From contig CBDBEV010000001.1 of assembly GCA_965204535.1 (NCBI GenBank), positions 1,568,001 through 1,632,000 of the forward strand: a stretch of 64,000 nucleotides of DNA, given 5' to 3'. Shown one piece after another: positions 8,480-17,477 of this stretch (position 1 is its first letter; each line of letters opens with the position of its first letter). The notes beneath the pieces are model-generated. The model saw only the letters and a list, made by a program, of their open reading frames with translations, did not search any database and was not told the origin of the DNA. The stretch comes from a bacterium. Lineage in GTDB: Bacteria > UBA8248. The position numbers were made by a program, and so were the translations under genes.

Positions 8480-10461
8480 AGTGCGCCCGGCAAAGGGCCG
8501 GCGCGCAACGACCGGCTTCACCGACTCCGGCAGGCGCCTGCCGTCCTGGCCTGCGCCCCCGGTGCTTCCGCGCCCGCTTCTCCCTTCTTCCCGCCCTCGC
8601 GCTGCTGCTCGGCGTGCTCGTTTCACCTCACGCGGCAATGGCGGACGAGAAGGCAGAGAAGCCACGGGACACGCGGCACGAACAAACGGGCACGAACGGC
8701 GCTGACGACCTGATGGGCGGCGCCGGCGACGATTTGCTCGTCGGCAGGAGAGGCAACGACTACTTGCGCGGGAAGGGGGGCGACGACGAGTTGCGCGGCG
8801 GCCGGGGCAACGACCTGCTTCGGGGCGGTGCCGGCGACGACCTGCTGCGCGGCGGCCGCGGCAACGACGTGTTGCGCGGCGGCGTCGGCAACGACGTGCT
8901 GCACGGCGGGGACGGCGAGGACCGCTTCGCGTTCGCGACCGGGGCTTCGGGCCACAAGATCATCGCCGACTTCGAGGCCGGCGACGTGATCGCGCTGGGC
9001 GCGGACCCGGAGGGCGGCTCCTGGCCCGCGGTTGCCGACATCGTGGCCGGCGTGGCGGCGCGGGACGGCCGCTACACGTACACCCTGCGCCCCGGCCTGA
9101 CGGTGGAGACGGACACGCCGCTCGGGGCCGGGGATTTTATGTTCCTTGCCCACGCCGTGGCGCTGCCCGACCGCCATACCCTGGCCGGCTGGCTGACCGA
9201 CAATCCGGACGGGAGCATGACGGTGCCCGCGGGCGAACACCGCGACGGGGGCGGCGTGCGCTTTGCCTGCCCCGCGGACGGCGCCGACTGCAGGTTGACC
9301 GTGACGGCGGCGGGCGGGGCCGTGACCGTCTCCTCGACCGGCGGCGCGGCCACGGCGGGACCCGAGCCGGCGGCGAGCGCCAGGCTGGCCGGCAAGCCGC
9401 CGCCCCCGCCGCCTGCGCAAACGGCGCCCTCGACGCCGACGGGCGCCACGGCGCACGGGGTCGCCGGCGCCATCGTCAGCCTCGGGGACGATGCGCTCAC
9501 GGACCCCTTCGTCAGCTGGCCCGTCGCGGACCGTCCGCTCACGCTCGGGGTCCCGTACCACGTGCTGCCGCTCTCCCTGCACAAGCTGAGCAAGGGCATC
9601 CTCGGCGGAGAGCTCGACAACGACGACGACCCGTCCACCCCCACCGGCTTCGCCGCGGCGGACGCCCCTCCGGCGATCTCCGGATGGTCCGGCAGCGCCC
9701 GGGAGTGGCGCCGCACCGACGGGGCCGGCGTCACGACCGTCGACACCGTGACCCTCTACGCGAAGGCGGGCTCCGGGGAGACGTATCTCACCTTCGGGTG
9801 GTGGGCGCGGGTTCCCGATTCAGGCACAGCCGGCGCCGGGACGTTCGGGAACGACCCGACCCACCACAGCATCCACAAGACCAGGAGGAATCCCCTGTCG
9901 CTCAACGCCGCTTGGCCGCGCGGCGCCAACGCCTTCGCCGCGGGCCGGCACCATTACTGGCCCGGCTGGGCGCAGCTCGACGCCCTCGCCGGCACCGCGA
10001 CCTACGCCGGAGCCGCCGCCGGCCTGTACTCGGAGCGCGCGGCGGGCGCGCGCGACGGCGCCTCCGGCGCGTTCACGGCGGACGCCGCCCTGACGGCGGA
10101 TTTCGACGCGAAGTATGTCCGGCTCTCGGGCCGCATCACAGGCTTCCGGGACGCTTCGGGCGCCTCGCTCGGCGACTGGACGGCGAGGCTCGCCAACGAC
10201 ACCGGCGGCCTGACCGGGGGCGGTTTCAACGGTGGCGGTTTCGCGGTCAGCGGCAACACCGCCGGCGCCGCCGACGGGCGCGGCTGGAGCGGCGGATGGG
10301 TCGCCCAGTTCTTCCGCCGCTCGGCCGCGGATCCCCAGGCGGCGCATCCCGCCGCGGTGGGCGGGGCGTTCCAGGCGCACCACGGCACGCCTGCGATGGC
10401 GGCGTCGGACGATGCGGGCTTCGTCGGCGTGATCGGCGCCTTCGGGGCTGAGAAGCGGTAG
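8476..10461 (+). CDS. Secreted protein with RTX Ca-binding repeats and TbpB-like C-terminal barrel
   Basis: Signal peptide ending PHAAMA; tandem GGxGxDxLx nonapeptides; YLTFGWW, GTATYAGAAAGLY, GAFTADAALTADF; terminal GAFGAEKR. Confidence 0.8.
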   Translation: MKCARQRAGAQRPASPTPAGACRPGLRPRCFRARFSLLPALALLLGVLVSPHAAMADEKAEKPRDTRHEQTGTNGADDLMGGAGDDLLVGRRGNDYLRGKGGDDELRGGRGNDLLRGGAGDDLLRGGRGNDVLRGGVGNDVLHGGDGEDRFAFATGASGHKIIADFEAGDVIALGADPEGGSWPAVADIVAGVAARDGRYTYTLRPGLTVETDTPLGAGDFMFLAHAVALPDRHTLAGWLTDNPDGSMTVPAGEHRDGGGVRFACPADGADCRLTVTAAGGAVTVSSTGGAATAGPEPAASARLAGKPPPPPPAQTAPSTPTGATAHGVAGAIVSLGDDALTDPFVSWPVADRPLTLGVPYHVLPLSLHKLSKGILGGELDNDDDPSTPTGFAAADAPPAISGWSGSAREWRRTDGAGVTTVDTVTLYAKAGSGETYLTFGWWARVPDSGTAGAGTFGNDPTHHSIHKTRRNPLSLNAAWPRGANAFAAGRHHYWPGWAQLDALAGTATYAGAAAGLYSERAAGARDGASGAFTADAALTADFDAKYVRLSGRITGFRDASGASLGDWTARLANDTGGLTGGGFNGGGFAVSGNTAGAADGRGWSGGWVAQFFRRSAADPQAAHPAAVGGAFQAHHGTPAMAASDDAGFVGVIGAFGAEKR

Positions 10462-10711
10462 TGGCGCAAGCGTCCCGGCGATGAGGGCCGGAGTGGGCCC
10501 CGTTGCCGTTCGCCTTGCCGGGCGGGAACAGCGCATTGCCGTGCATCCCCCCCAGGAATATTGCGTTTCAGGTTGTGGAGGGGGAGGATGCGGTGCGCAA
10601 TCGTCAGCACCGATGCCCACGCCGAACCTGCCGAAGAGTGGGCCGCGATCGAATACTGCATTGAAAGCGGGCGGACAAGACTCTTGCAGCGACCGGGCAG
10701 GAGGGGTCGTT

Positions 10712-11330
10712 TCAGCGGTTGAGGACCTGCTTCCAGTTATTTCGCAGCGGCCTTGGCCAGACGTCCTTTCCGGGCTTGTCGTATTGTCTGTCCCTGTCGT
10801 AGCGCCTTCGTCCCCGTGTGGTTCCAACGTGAATCCATCCCGATGCCCTGTAGAAGGCGCCGGTGCAGCGCGGCGTCTCGACGAAGGTCTCGACGAGGAC
10901 GGGGATCGTGCCATAGCGCTCGGTCCAGTCTCCGGGCAGGCGCCTGCGGATGATGGCGAGGAGGTGGGAGCCGGGATTGGGGATCCTGATCCATGGCAGG
11001 ATGAGGAACCTCGGGTTGTCGACCACGAGGGGGAGGTCCTTCTCGCGCAACTGCGGCGTCCAGCCGATGAAGCCGTCGCGCGGGGCGAGTTTCCATGCGG
11101 CGCTGCTGCAGCCGGGCATGGCGAGGGGCCTGCCGCCGGGGTAGTGGTAGCGGGCGACGAACTCGTTCCACAGCCTGCCCTCGCGGGTTCCGCGCACGAC
11201 GACGCGCATATCGGGGGGCGGACCTCATCGAGGGTCCCGGGCGCCGGGATGAGGGGAGCTTCGGTGTCGGGTCCGGATACGAATCCGCCCGATATTCGCC
11301 ATACTTCTCCCGCCAGGGACCGCCCGGCGG
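10712..11330 (-). pseudogene. DUF4338/DruA-like IS-associated gene, degraded
   Basis: LWNEFVARYHY, AAWKLAPRDGFIGW, RFLILPW, PVLVETFVE...YRASGWIHVGTT motifs; internal segment and N-terminus appear missing. Confidence 0.7.
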
Positions 11331-11360
11331 ACGTGCCGGGCGAGCTCCTGGAGGAAACCG

Positions 11361-13016
11361 CTACTCCTCCTGCCGGTTCGCGCCGAACGCGCCGACCATG
11401 AGGCCATCATTCCCGTACGTCGAATGGAACACTCCGCCCACGACCTTCGGAACGCCGTCGTCGCCGTTGTCCATAAGATGACCGTTCCACCCGCCGTCGC
11501 CGGCGGCGGCCGTCCCGTCGATGGTCCACACCGTCTGCGCATACTCTGAACGGATGAAACTGATCGCTATGTCGCCTGTATTCGTGATGGAGGACTCCTT
11601 CAGCTCGACGGACCAGTTCCGCGCCCGGCCGTCCGCGCCCGTGAAGTCGTTTATGGCGCCCGAGATCATGTCGGTGTGGAAATCGGCCTCTAACGTCGCC
11701 GTCGCGGTGAAGCGGCCGGCGTCGTTCGTCCCCCCGGTGGGGCTCGAGAGAGCGTACAGGCCGGCGGCGCCGCCCCTGTACGTCGCCGTGCCGCGCAGGG
11801 CCGCGATGGTGGCCCCGGTGTCCGGGAGATCACGCTTCAGAAATAATGAGTACGCGGTATAGGTGTCGTCCGCGGACTTGTGGAGCCACCAGCCGTAGGA
11901 GGCATACTCCGTATCCGGCGAACTCATGACCCGGGCGTCCGGGTCCGCGGGCTTGAACGTCCAAACCGCATTGGCGGCGTCGAACGCGCCGGCGGCGGTG
12001 ACTCCGCCGAGATTGAAGCCCGGCCCGGCATGGCTGGCCGCGCACGTGCTTCCGTCAGCGGGATCGCAGCTGTACGTGCCCGGCACCCCGTGATAGCTGC
12101 CGGGGATCATCACGGCGACGTTGTTCTCGGGCAGCTTGAACCTCTTCAACCCCGCCGTATGGTCGAAGCTCGGGCTGGCAACCCGGCCGGCGGTGCCCTC
12201 GGTGGTCGTTTCGTCCAGCGTTCCGCCGGCGAAGCTGGCGCTGTACTGCGTCGAAAACTTCTCGCCCTCCTTCGGCTCCTCGACGTTCGAGTAGAAGACC
12301 GCCTCGTGTGTGCCACCACCTTCGGGCGCGGCCGTGTACCTCTTGCCTTCCCAGCCGTGGTTGGCGGCAACCATCGTCTGCTTGTCTTCCGACAGATAGT
12401 ATCTCGCAATTCCGAAATTCAGCGTTAAGCCGTCCGTTTCGAGGTCGGGATAGGTGCATCTTGGGTCAGATTCAAAGCAGGTTGATGGTGGAAGCAAAGG
12501 ATCATCGCCGAAGCCGTCGTACAGCTTCCTGGCGGTTTCGATCATGTCCGCCCTTGCCGCGTCGGCCGCCGCCTGCATCGCCGTCATGCGGGCCGTCCTG
12601 GCATTGTGGAAACGGGTCTCGAGCGCGGTGACGGTTCCGGTGTTCGCGGCCTTCTCCTCCGCCGGAACGCCGGCCGCCGCCGCTATCGCCGCCTTCGCCG
12701 CCGCGACCGCCGCCTCCGCGGCGCTCACCTCGGCGTCGGTGGAGTCGTCGTCCACCTCGCCTACCGCCGCCTGGGCGGCATCGAGCTTCATTTTGATGTC
12801 CGCGCGCTCCATGGCCAGGAGCTCCGCCGCCGTGACGCAAGCTCCGTCCATGTACCTGCCGCCACCGGCTTCACATGCCGCTTGCGGGTCCGGCATCTCG
12901 GCCGGCGTTTGCGCAGTGCCGCCGCCCCCGCCGCAGCCCGCCAGCGCAATCGTGAACGCCCCCGCCAGCGCGAAGGCGTAAAGCCTGTTTATCGGTTTCT
13001 CATATTTGAACGTCAT
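11361..13016 (-). CDS. Surface lipoprotein with Ala-rich stalk and TbpB-like barrel (paralog B)
   Basis: LAG-CGGG lipobox; YASYGWW, GTATYRGGAAGLY, MVGAFGANRQ. Confidence 0.8.
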   Translation of the reverse strand: MTFKYEKPINRLYAFALAGAFTIALAGCGGGGGTAQTPAEMPDPQAACEAGGGRYMDGACVTAAELLAMERADIKMKLDAAQAAVGEVDDDSTDAEVSAAEAAVAAAKAAIAAAAGVPAEEKAANTGTVTALETRFHNARTARMTAMQAAADAARADMIETARKLYDGFGDDPLLPPSTCFESDPRCTYPDLETDGLTLNFGIARYYLSEDKQTMVAANHGWEGKRYTAAPEGGGTHEAVFYSNVEEPKEGEKFSTQYSASFAGGTLDETTTEGTAGRVASPSFDHTAGLKRFKLPENNVAVMIPGSYHGVPGTYSCDPADGSTCAASHAGPGFNLGGVTAAGAFDAANAVWTFKPADPDARVMSSPDTEYASYGWWLHKSADDTYTAYSLFLKRDLPDTGATIAALRGTATYRGGAAGLYALSSPTGGTNDAGRFTATATLEADFHTDMISGAINDFTGADGRARNWSVELKESSITNTGDIAISFIRSEYAQTVWTIDGTAAAGDGGWNGHLMDNGDDGVPKVVGGVFHSTYGNDGLMVGAFGANRQEE

Positions 13017-13138
13017 TAAGCGAGTCTCCTGAATACATGGAAAGGAACTTGACCTGGCCAATTCGATTGGAGAAGGGCCGACACCCCTCAAAGGGCTGCT
13101 TTAAGGGGGTTGAAAAACCCCTGAAGATGGGAATTGCT

Positions 13139-13303
13139 GCGACACGATCCCCGAGGTGCAGGCCGAGTCGGGGTGTCGGCTACGTTCATGAAACGCGAAG
13201 TGGGGGCCGCCCGTTGTTCCCCCTCCCGGCTCGAGGACTCAAACTCACAACCGGGAGCGGTACAGTTTGCTCTCACGAGGGAAGCAACCAACGGGCAACC
13301 CCC
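13139..13303 (-). promoter_or_regulatory. Candidate structured RNA leader between the paralogous lipoprotein genes
   Basis: Nested stems GGGGGUUGCCCGUUG/CAACGGGCGGCCCCC and CUCCCGGUU/AGCCGGGAG, whose G-U pairs work only on the minus strand; second hairpin at 13139-13178. Confidence 0.4.
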
Positions 13304-13384
13304 TTTTTCGCTCTCCTCATATCGCCTTGGGCCCCGCCGGGGCGGTGAAGCCCCGGAAGCCTGAAGGCGTCGTGCTCTTCGCTG

Positions 13385-15007
13385 CTACTGCTTGTTCACG
13401 CCGAAGGCGCCGACCATCCGGCCGGACGTGCTGTACGTCGAATGGAACGTGCCGGTCCCGACCTTCGCAACGCCGTCGTCGCCGTTGTCATAGAGAGCTC
13501 CGGACCACGCGCCGGCGGCGGCCGCGGCCGTCCCGTCGATCGTCCAGACCGTCTCGTTTCCGGCAGCGGCGGCAGTACCGTCACTACTGATTGCCCCGTC
13601 ATCGCCGACGGTGGACTTCTTCAACTCGACGGACCAGTTCCGCGACTGACCATCCGCGCCCATGAACTGGTCGATCGTGCCCGTGATCATGTCGGCATTG
13701 AAATCGGCTTCGAGCGTCGCCCGCGCGGTGAAGTGGCCGGCGTCGTTCGTTCCCCCGGTGGAACTGTAGAGAGCGTACTTGCCGGCGGCGCCGCCCATGT
13801 AGGTCGCCGTTCCACGCAGGGCCGTGATGCCGCTGGCGGGCGGGACGGTACCCCTGGCCGTCGCGAAAGCGCTCGCGGTGAAGGTCTCGCCGTCCTCGGA
13901 CTTGTGGATCCACCAGCCGTAGGAGACATACACCGTGTCCGCCACATCCGAGACCATGGCCGTCGGGCTGGTGGGCTTGAACGTCCAGGTCCCGCCGGCG
14001 AGGGTGAAGCCGCTTGTGGCTACGGTAGCGGAGCACGTGTTTCGATCAGCAGCAGCATCTGTAGGGGTGCAACTGTAAGTGCCGGACACCCCGTGATAGC
14101 TGCCAGGGATCATCACGGCGACGTTGTTCGCCGGCAAATCGAAGGTCTTGGTTCCTGCGGACTGGTCGAAGCTCGGGCTGGCAACGCGGCCCGTAACATA
14201 GCCAGTGAGGGCAGTGATATCCCCTGTTTCGCCGTCGGTGAGTGTGTACGCTTCATTGAACGGGTCGCCCTCCGTCGCGTCGCCGACGTTCGAGTAGACA
14301 TACGCCTCGTACGTGCCGGCATCGCCCGTGGGCTCGGCCGTGTGCCTCTTGCCCTCCCAGCCGTGGTTGGCGGCGACCGTCGTATCCTTGTCTACCGCCA
14401 GTGGGACGGTTGCGGCCGTGCCGATCGTCACGCTGATGACGCCGGCGGCGTCACTTGCGCCGGTTCGGACGTTGTCGGTATCGCCAAGGCCGTGCTCGAG
14501 GCCCTTGTATAGCTTACTGGCCGTCGCCATCATGGCCGCATCCGCGGCCTTCTGCTCATCGTCCATGGCGGCCATGCGGGCCATCTTGGCGGCGGCAAGC
14601 TGGGTTTCCAGCGCGGTGACCGTTCCGGTGTTCGCGGTTTTCTCTTCGTCCGGAATATTGGCCGCGGCCGCTATCGCCGCCTTCGCCGCCGCTATCGCCG
14701 CATCGGCCGCGCTCACCTCGGCGTCGGTGGAGTCGTCGTCAACCTCGTTGACCGCGGTGGTTGCCGCCATGATGGCCGTGCTGATGGCCGAGCGCTGCTC
14801 TGCCGCGAGATCCGCGGCCGAGGTGCAAGTGCCGTCCGCATTGTACCGACCCCCCTCATCCTCGCACGCCATTTGCGGGTCAGGCATATCGGTCGGCGTT
14901 TGCGTAGTGCTGCCGCCCCCGCCGCCGCAGCCGGCCAGCGCGACGGCGAACACGGCCGCCAGCGCGAAAGCGTAAAGCTTGTTTATCGGTTTCTCTTTGA
15001 ACATCAT
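13385..15007 (-). CDS. Surface lipoprotein with Ala-rich stalk and TbpB-like barrel (paralog A)
   Basis: LAG-CGGG lipobox; many blocks near-identical to 11361..13016; ends MVGAFGVNKQ. Confidence 0.8.
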   Translation of the reverse strand: MMFKEKPINKLYAFALAAVFAVALAGCGGGGGSTTQTPTDMPDPQMACEDEGGRYNADGTCTSAADLAAEQRSAISTAIMAATTAVNEVDDDSTDAEVSAADAAIAAAKAAIAAAANIPDEEKTANTGTVTALETQLAAAKMARMAAMDDEQKAADAAMMATASKLYKGLEHGLGDTDNVRTGASDAAGVISVTIGTAATVPLAVDKDTTVAANHGWEGKRHTAEPTGDAGTYEAYVYSNVGDATEGDPFNEAYTLTDGETGDITALTGYVTGRVASPSFDQSAGTKTFDLPANNVAVMIPGSYHGVSGTYSCTPTDAAADRNTCSATVATSGFTLAGGTWTFKPTSPTAMVSDVADTVYVSYGWWIHKSEDGETFTASAFATARGTVPPASGITALRGTATYMGGAAGKYALYSSTGGTNDAGHFTARATLEADFNADMITGTIDQFMGADGQSRNWSVELKKSTVGDDGAISSDGTAAAAGNETVWTIDGTAAAAAGAWSGALYDNGDDGVAKVGTGTFHSTYSTSGRMVGAFGVNKQ

Positions 15008-15263
15008 TTAGTGAGTCCTCCTGAATACACAGTAGAAAAAGGGATTTTCCGTGAATTTCCGGCTTTCTCCGATTAACCTCCTTTCGTCAGCTTTTTTTCG
15101 GGCCTTCACAAACTGGTGATTCGTACTTTCGGCCGCCTGAAATACGGCGGACTTGAACCCTTTCATGATCCGGGCCGGTGGTTCGGCGAGACACATGTTC
15201 CTGCGGCATGCGCCCACCGTTCCCGGCCTCCAGAGGCGAGCCGCCTGCCACCCGGCCTGCCCG

Positions 15264-15451
15264 CCGATAATCGTTATTATCAGATGTGAGAAGCCCCGTT
15301 TTCCGCCGGGAGAGGCGTTTCGGGGCGCATCCGGGCCGTAAATGAGCGGGAAAAGACGCAAAACGGCGCCCGAAACCACTCCGGGGACCCCGGAATTGCG
15401 CTTGACATGGCCTTGAGAGGTGTTATATTTTCTGATAATAACGATTATCGG
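15264..15451. promoter_or_regulatory. Putative invertible promoter 1 (21-bp perfect inverted repeats around a 146-bp segment)
   Basis: CCGATAATCGTTATTATCAGA at 15264-15284 and its exact reverse complement at 15431-15451; TTGACA(15402)-N16-TATATT(15424) with TG extension, pointing +. Confidence 0.85.
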
Positions 15452-15529
15452 ATGTTAATTGTTGTAAAGATGTGGTAAAAAAACCGTTTCCGGCGGGCGA
15501 TTCTTCGTCGTCCGCCTTATATATGTTGC

Positions 15530-16564
15530 ATGGAATCGGGACGGCAACTCCACGAACGTGAATCGCCGCCGGAACTTCAGGGCGCCGGCCGAACGACAGA
15601 TCACGGAGAACCATGGGCGAAACCCGCGGCGCCGGGGAGACGCTCCCCCCTGGAAAAACCCGACGAGAGTCACTCACCGCACCTCGGTTCGTTCCGGGCG
15701 TCGGCTGATCTGGTGCGCGCCTCGATCGCCGGGAACACGCGCCGCGCCTACGAGGCGGCGCTGCGCGGTTTCGAGGAATCGGGGTGCCCCGAGACCGACG
15801 CCGGGGTGGCGGCCTACCTCACGGGGCTCTACGGGAAGGGCCGCTCGGCGGCCTGCGCCTCGATGGCGGTCGCGGCGCTTCGGTTCCGGGCGAGGCTGGG
15901 CGGCCGCTCCTCCCCGGTGGGTCCTTCGGCGCTGCGCGCCCTGGCGGGCTTCAGGCGTCTGGGTTCGGAGCGGGGCCGCGGCCCGGTGGACGGGGTGCGC
16001 TGGGAGGAGGCGGACCTCGCGGCGGCGCTGGCCGAGGGGACGGGGACCCTGGGGGGCCTGCGCGACGCGGCGGTCGTGGCAGTGGCGAGCGACGCCCTGC
16101 TCCGGGTGTCGGAGGTCGCGGCTCTGGACGTCGCCGACGTGAACCTCGGGGAGCAGACGGTGCGGATCCGCCGCTCGAAGACGGACCAGGAGGGTGTGGG
16201 CGTCGTACAGTACCTCGGAGAACCGACCGTGGCGCGCGTCGGGGCCTGGCTGGCGCGCGCGGGTATCGGGGAGGGAGCGCTCTTCCGGGGCCTGTACAAG
16301 GGGGGACGGCTTCGGCCCGGGCGCCTGACGGACAGGAGCATCCGGAGCATCATCGCGCGGTGGGGGAAGGCCGCGGGCGCCGAGGGGCGCGTGAGCGGCC
16401 ACAGCCTCCGGGTGGGGGGCGCGCAGAGCCTGGCCACGGCGGGGGCGTCGCTGGTCGAGATGCAACTCGCCGGGCGCTGGCAGTCGCCGGCCATGCCGGG
16501 ACGCTACGCGCAGGGACAGATCGCGAAACAGGGCGCCGTGGCGAGGCTGCGATACGGCCTGTGA
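15530..16564 (+). CDS. Cre-like tyrosine recombinase 1
   Basis: NTRRAY N-domain; catalytic LLRVSE (R), SKTDQ (K), HSLR, GRW, RYA (Y); start codon uncertain. Confidence 0.92.
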   Translation: MESGRQLHERESPPELQGAGRTTDHGEPWAKPAAPGRRSPLEKPDESHSPHLGSFRASADLVRASIAGNTRRAYEAALRGFEESGCPETDAGVAAYLTGLYGKGRSAACASMAVAALRFRARLGGRSSPVGPSALRALAGFRRLGSERGRGPVDGVRWEEADLAAALAEGTGTLGGLRDAAVVAVASDALLRVSEVAALDVADVNLGEQTVRIRRSKTDQEGVGVVQYLGEPTVARVGAWLARAGIGEGALFRGLYKGGRLRPGRLTDRSIRSIIARWGKAAGAEGRVSGHSLRVGGAQSLATAGASLVEMQLAGRWQSPAMPGRYAQGQIAKQGAVARLRYGL

Positions 16565-16593
16565 GGTCCGTCCGTTTTCTCCCGAATATCTCT

Positions 16594-17277
16594 CTACCGC
16601 CTCTTCCTCCTCCGGGCGGAGGCCCACTTCTCGAGGTCTTCGAGCAGGTAGCGCACCCGGTATCCGATGCGAAGAAAATCCGGCCCCTCTCCGCTCACGC
16701 GGTAGCGCTCCAGCGTCTTGGGCGAGAGGCCGAGCCAGGCGGCCGCCTCCCGCGTGTTCAGGTGGTTCTCCTTCGCGCGCTCATCGGCGTCTCCCGCGGC
16801 CCCGGGTTCCCCGGCGGCGTCCCACGTCCCGTCGAACGGGTCGGGCAAGTCCGCGAGCCTCTCGCGTATGGCGCGGATCTCCTCTCCCGTCGCGTTGGCC
16901 GCCATCCAGGCGCGCACCCGGTCGAAGGTCTTGAGATACGGCGAGGCGCCCCGGCGCAGCCTCCCCACGAAGGAGGGATTCCCCACGGTCTCCTCGCCCA
17001 GGATCGAGACCTTGGTCCCGCTCACCACGAGAAACGCCTCCACCTCGGCCCGCAGGAGCGGTCCCAGCGGCGGATACCCCATGAACGCGAGCACCCGGTC
17101 CGCCGTGTCGACCCGCAGGGGCCGCCCCCGGGCCTGCAGGCCCACGAAGCCGGGAACCCCCAGCGCGCCCACCCCGAAGCGCCTCGCGCTCATCCCTCGG
17201 CGCGCGCGCCAGAGCGCAATGCTCCGGCGCAGCCGCTCGTCCAGCGGGGCGCCGGTATCGTCTTTAAACGCGGTCAT
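16594..17277 (-). CDS. Multi-HTH DNA-binding protein with C-terminal excisionase/AlpA-like HTH
   Basis: Two similar small Cro-like units (...FVG.L..G.....TxDRV.A.M) plus HLNTREAAAWLGLSPKTLERYR..GEGPDF.RIGYRVRY. Confidence 0.75.
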   Translation of the reverse strand: MTAFKDDTGAPLDERLRRSIALWRARRGMSARRFGVGALGVPGFVGLQARGRPLRVDTADRVLAFMGYPPLGPLLRAEVEAFLVVSGTKVSILGEETVGNPSFVGRLRRGASPYLKTFDRVRAWMAANATGEEIRAIRERLADLPDPFDGTWDAAGEPGAAGDADERAKENHLNTREAAAWLGLSPKTLERYRVSGEGPDFLRIGYRVRYLLEDLEKWASARRRKRR

Positions 17278-17477
17278 GGCGCGCGAACATAAGGAAAGGA
17301 CGAGCGCCCGTTCAATCGTTGTTTCTAGCGCGGAAGGTACACCCGGGAAGAGTCCGCGCCTGCGTTCGTGCGCGGACCGCTCATCGGTTCAGCCTGAAAT
17401 CACGGGCGTTTTCCAGAAAACGAAGGTCGCCGGAGAACGTGCAGCGGGGCGCTACGGAAAAAAAGGAACAATGTCGC

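Noticed and set aside
10712-11209. Functional Druantia system
   Set aside because: Truncated DruA-like fragment with no druE or other partners
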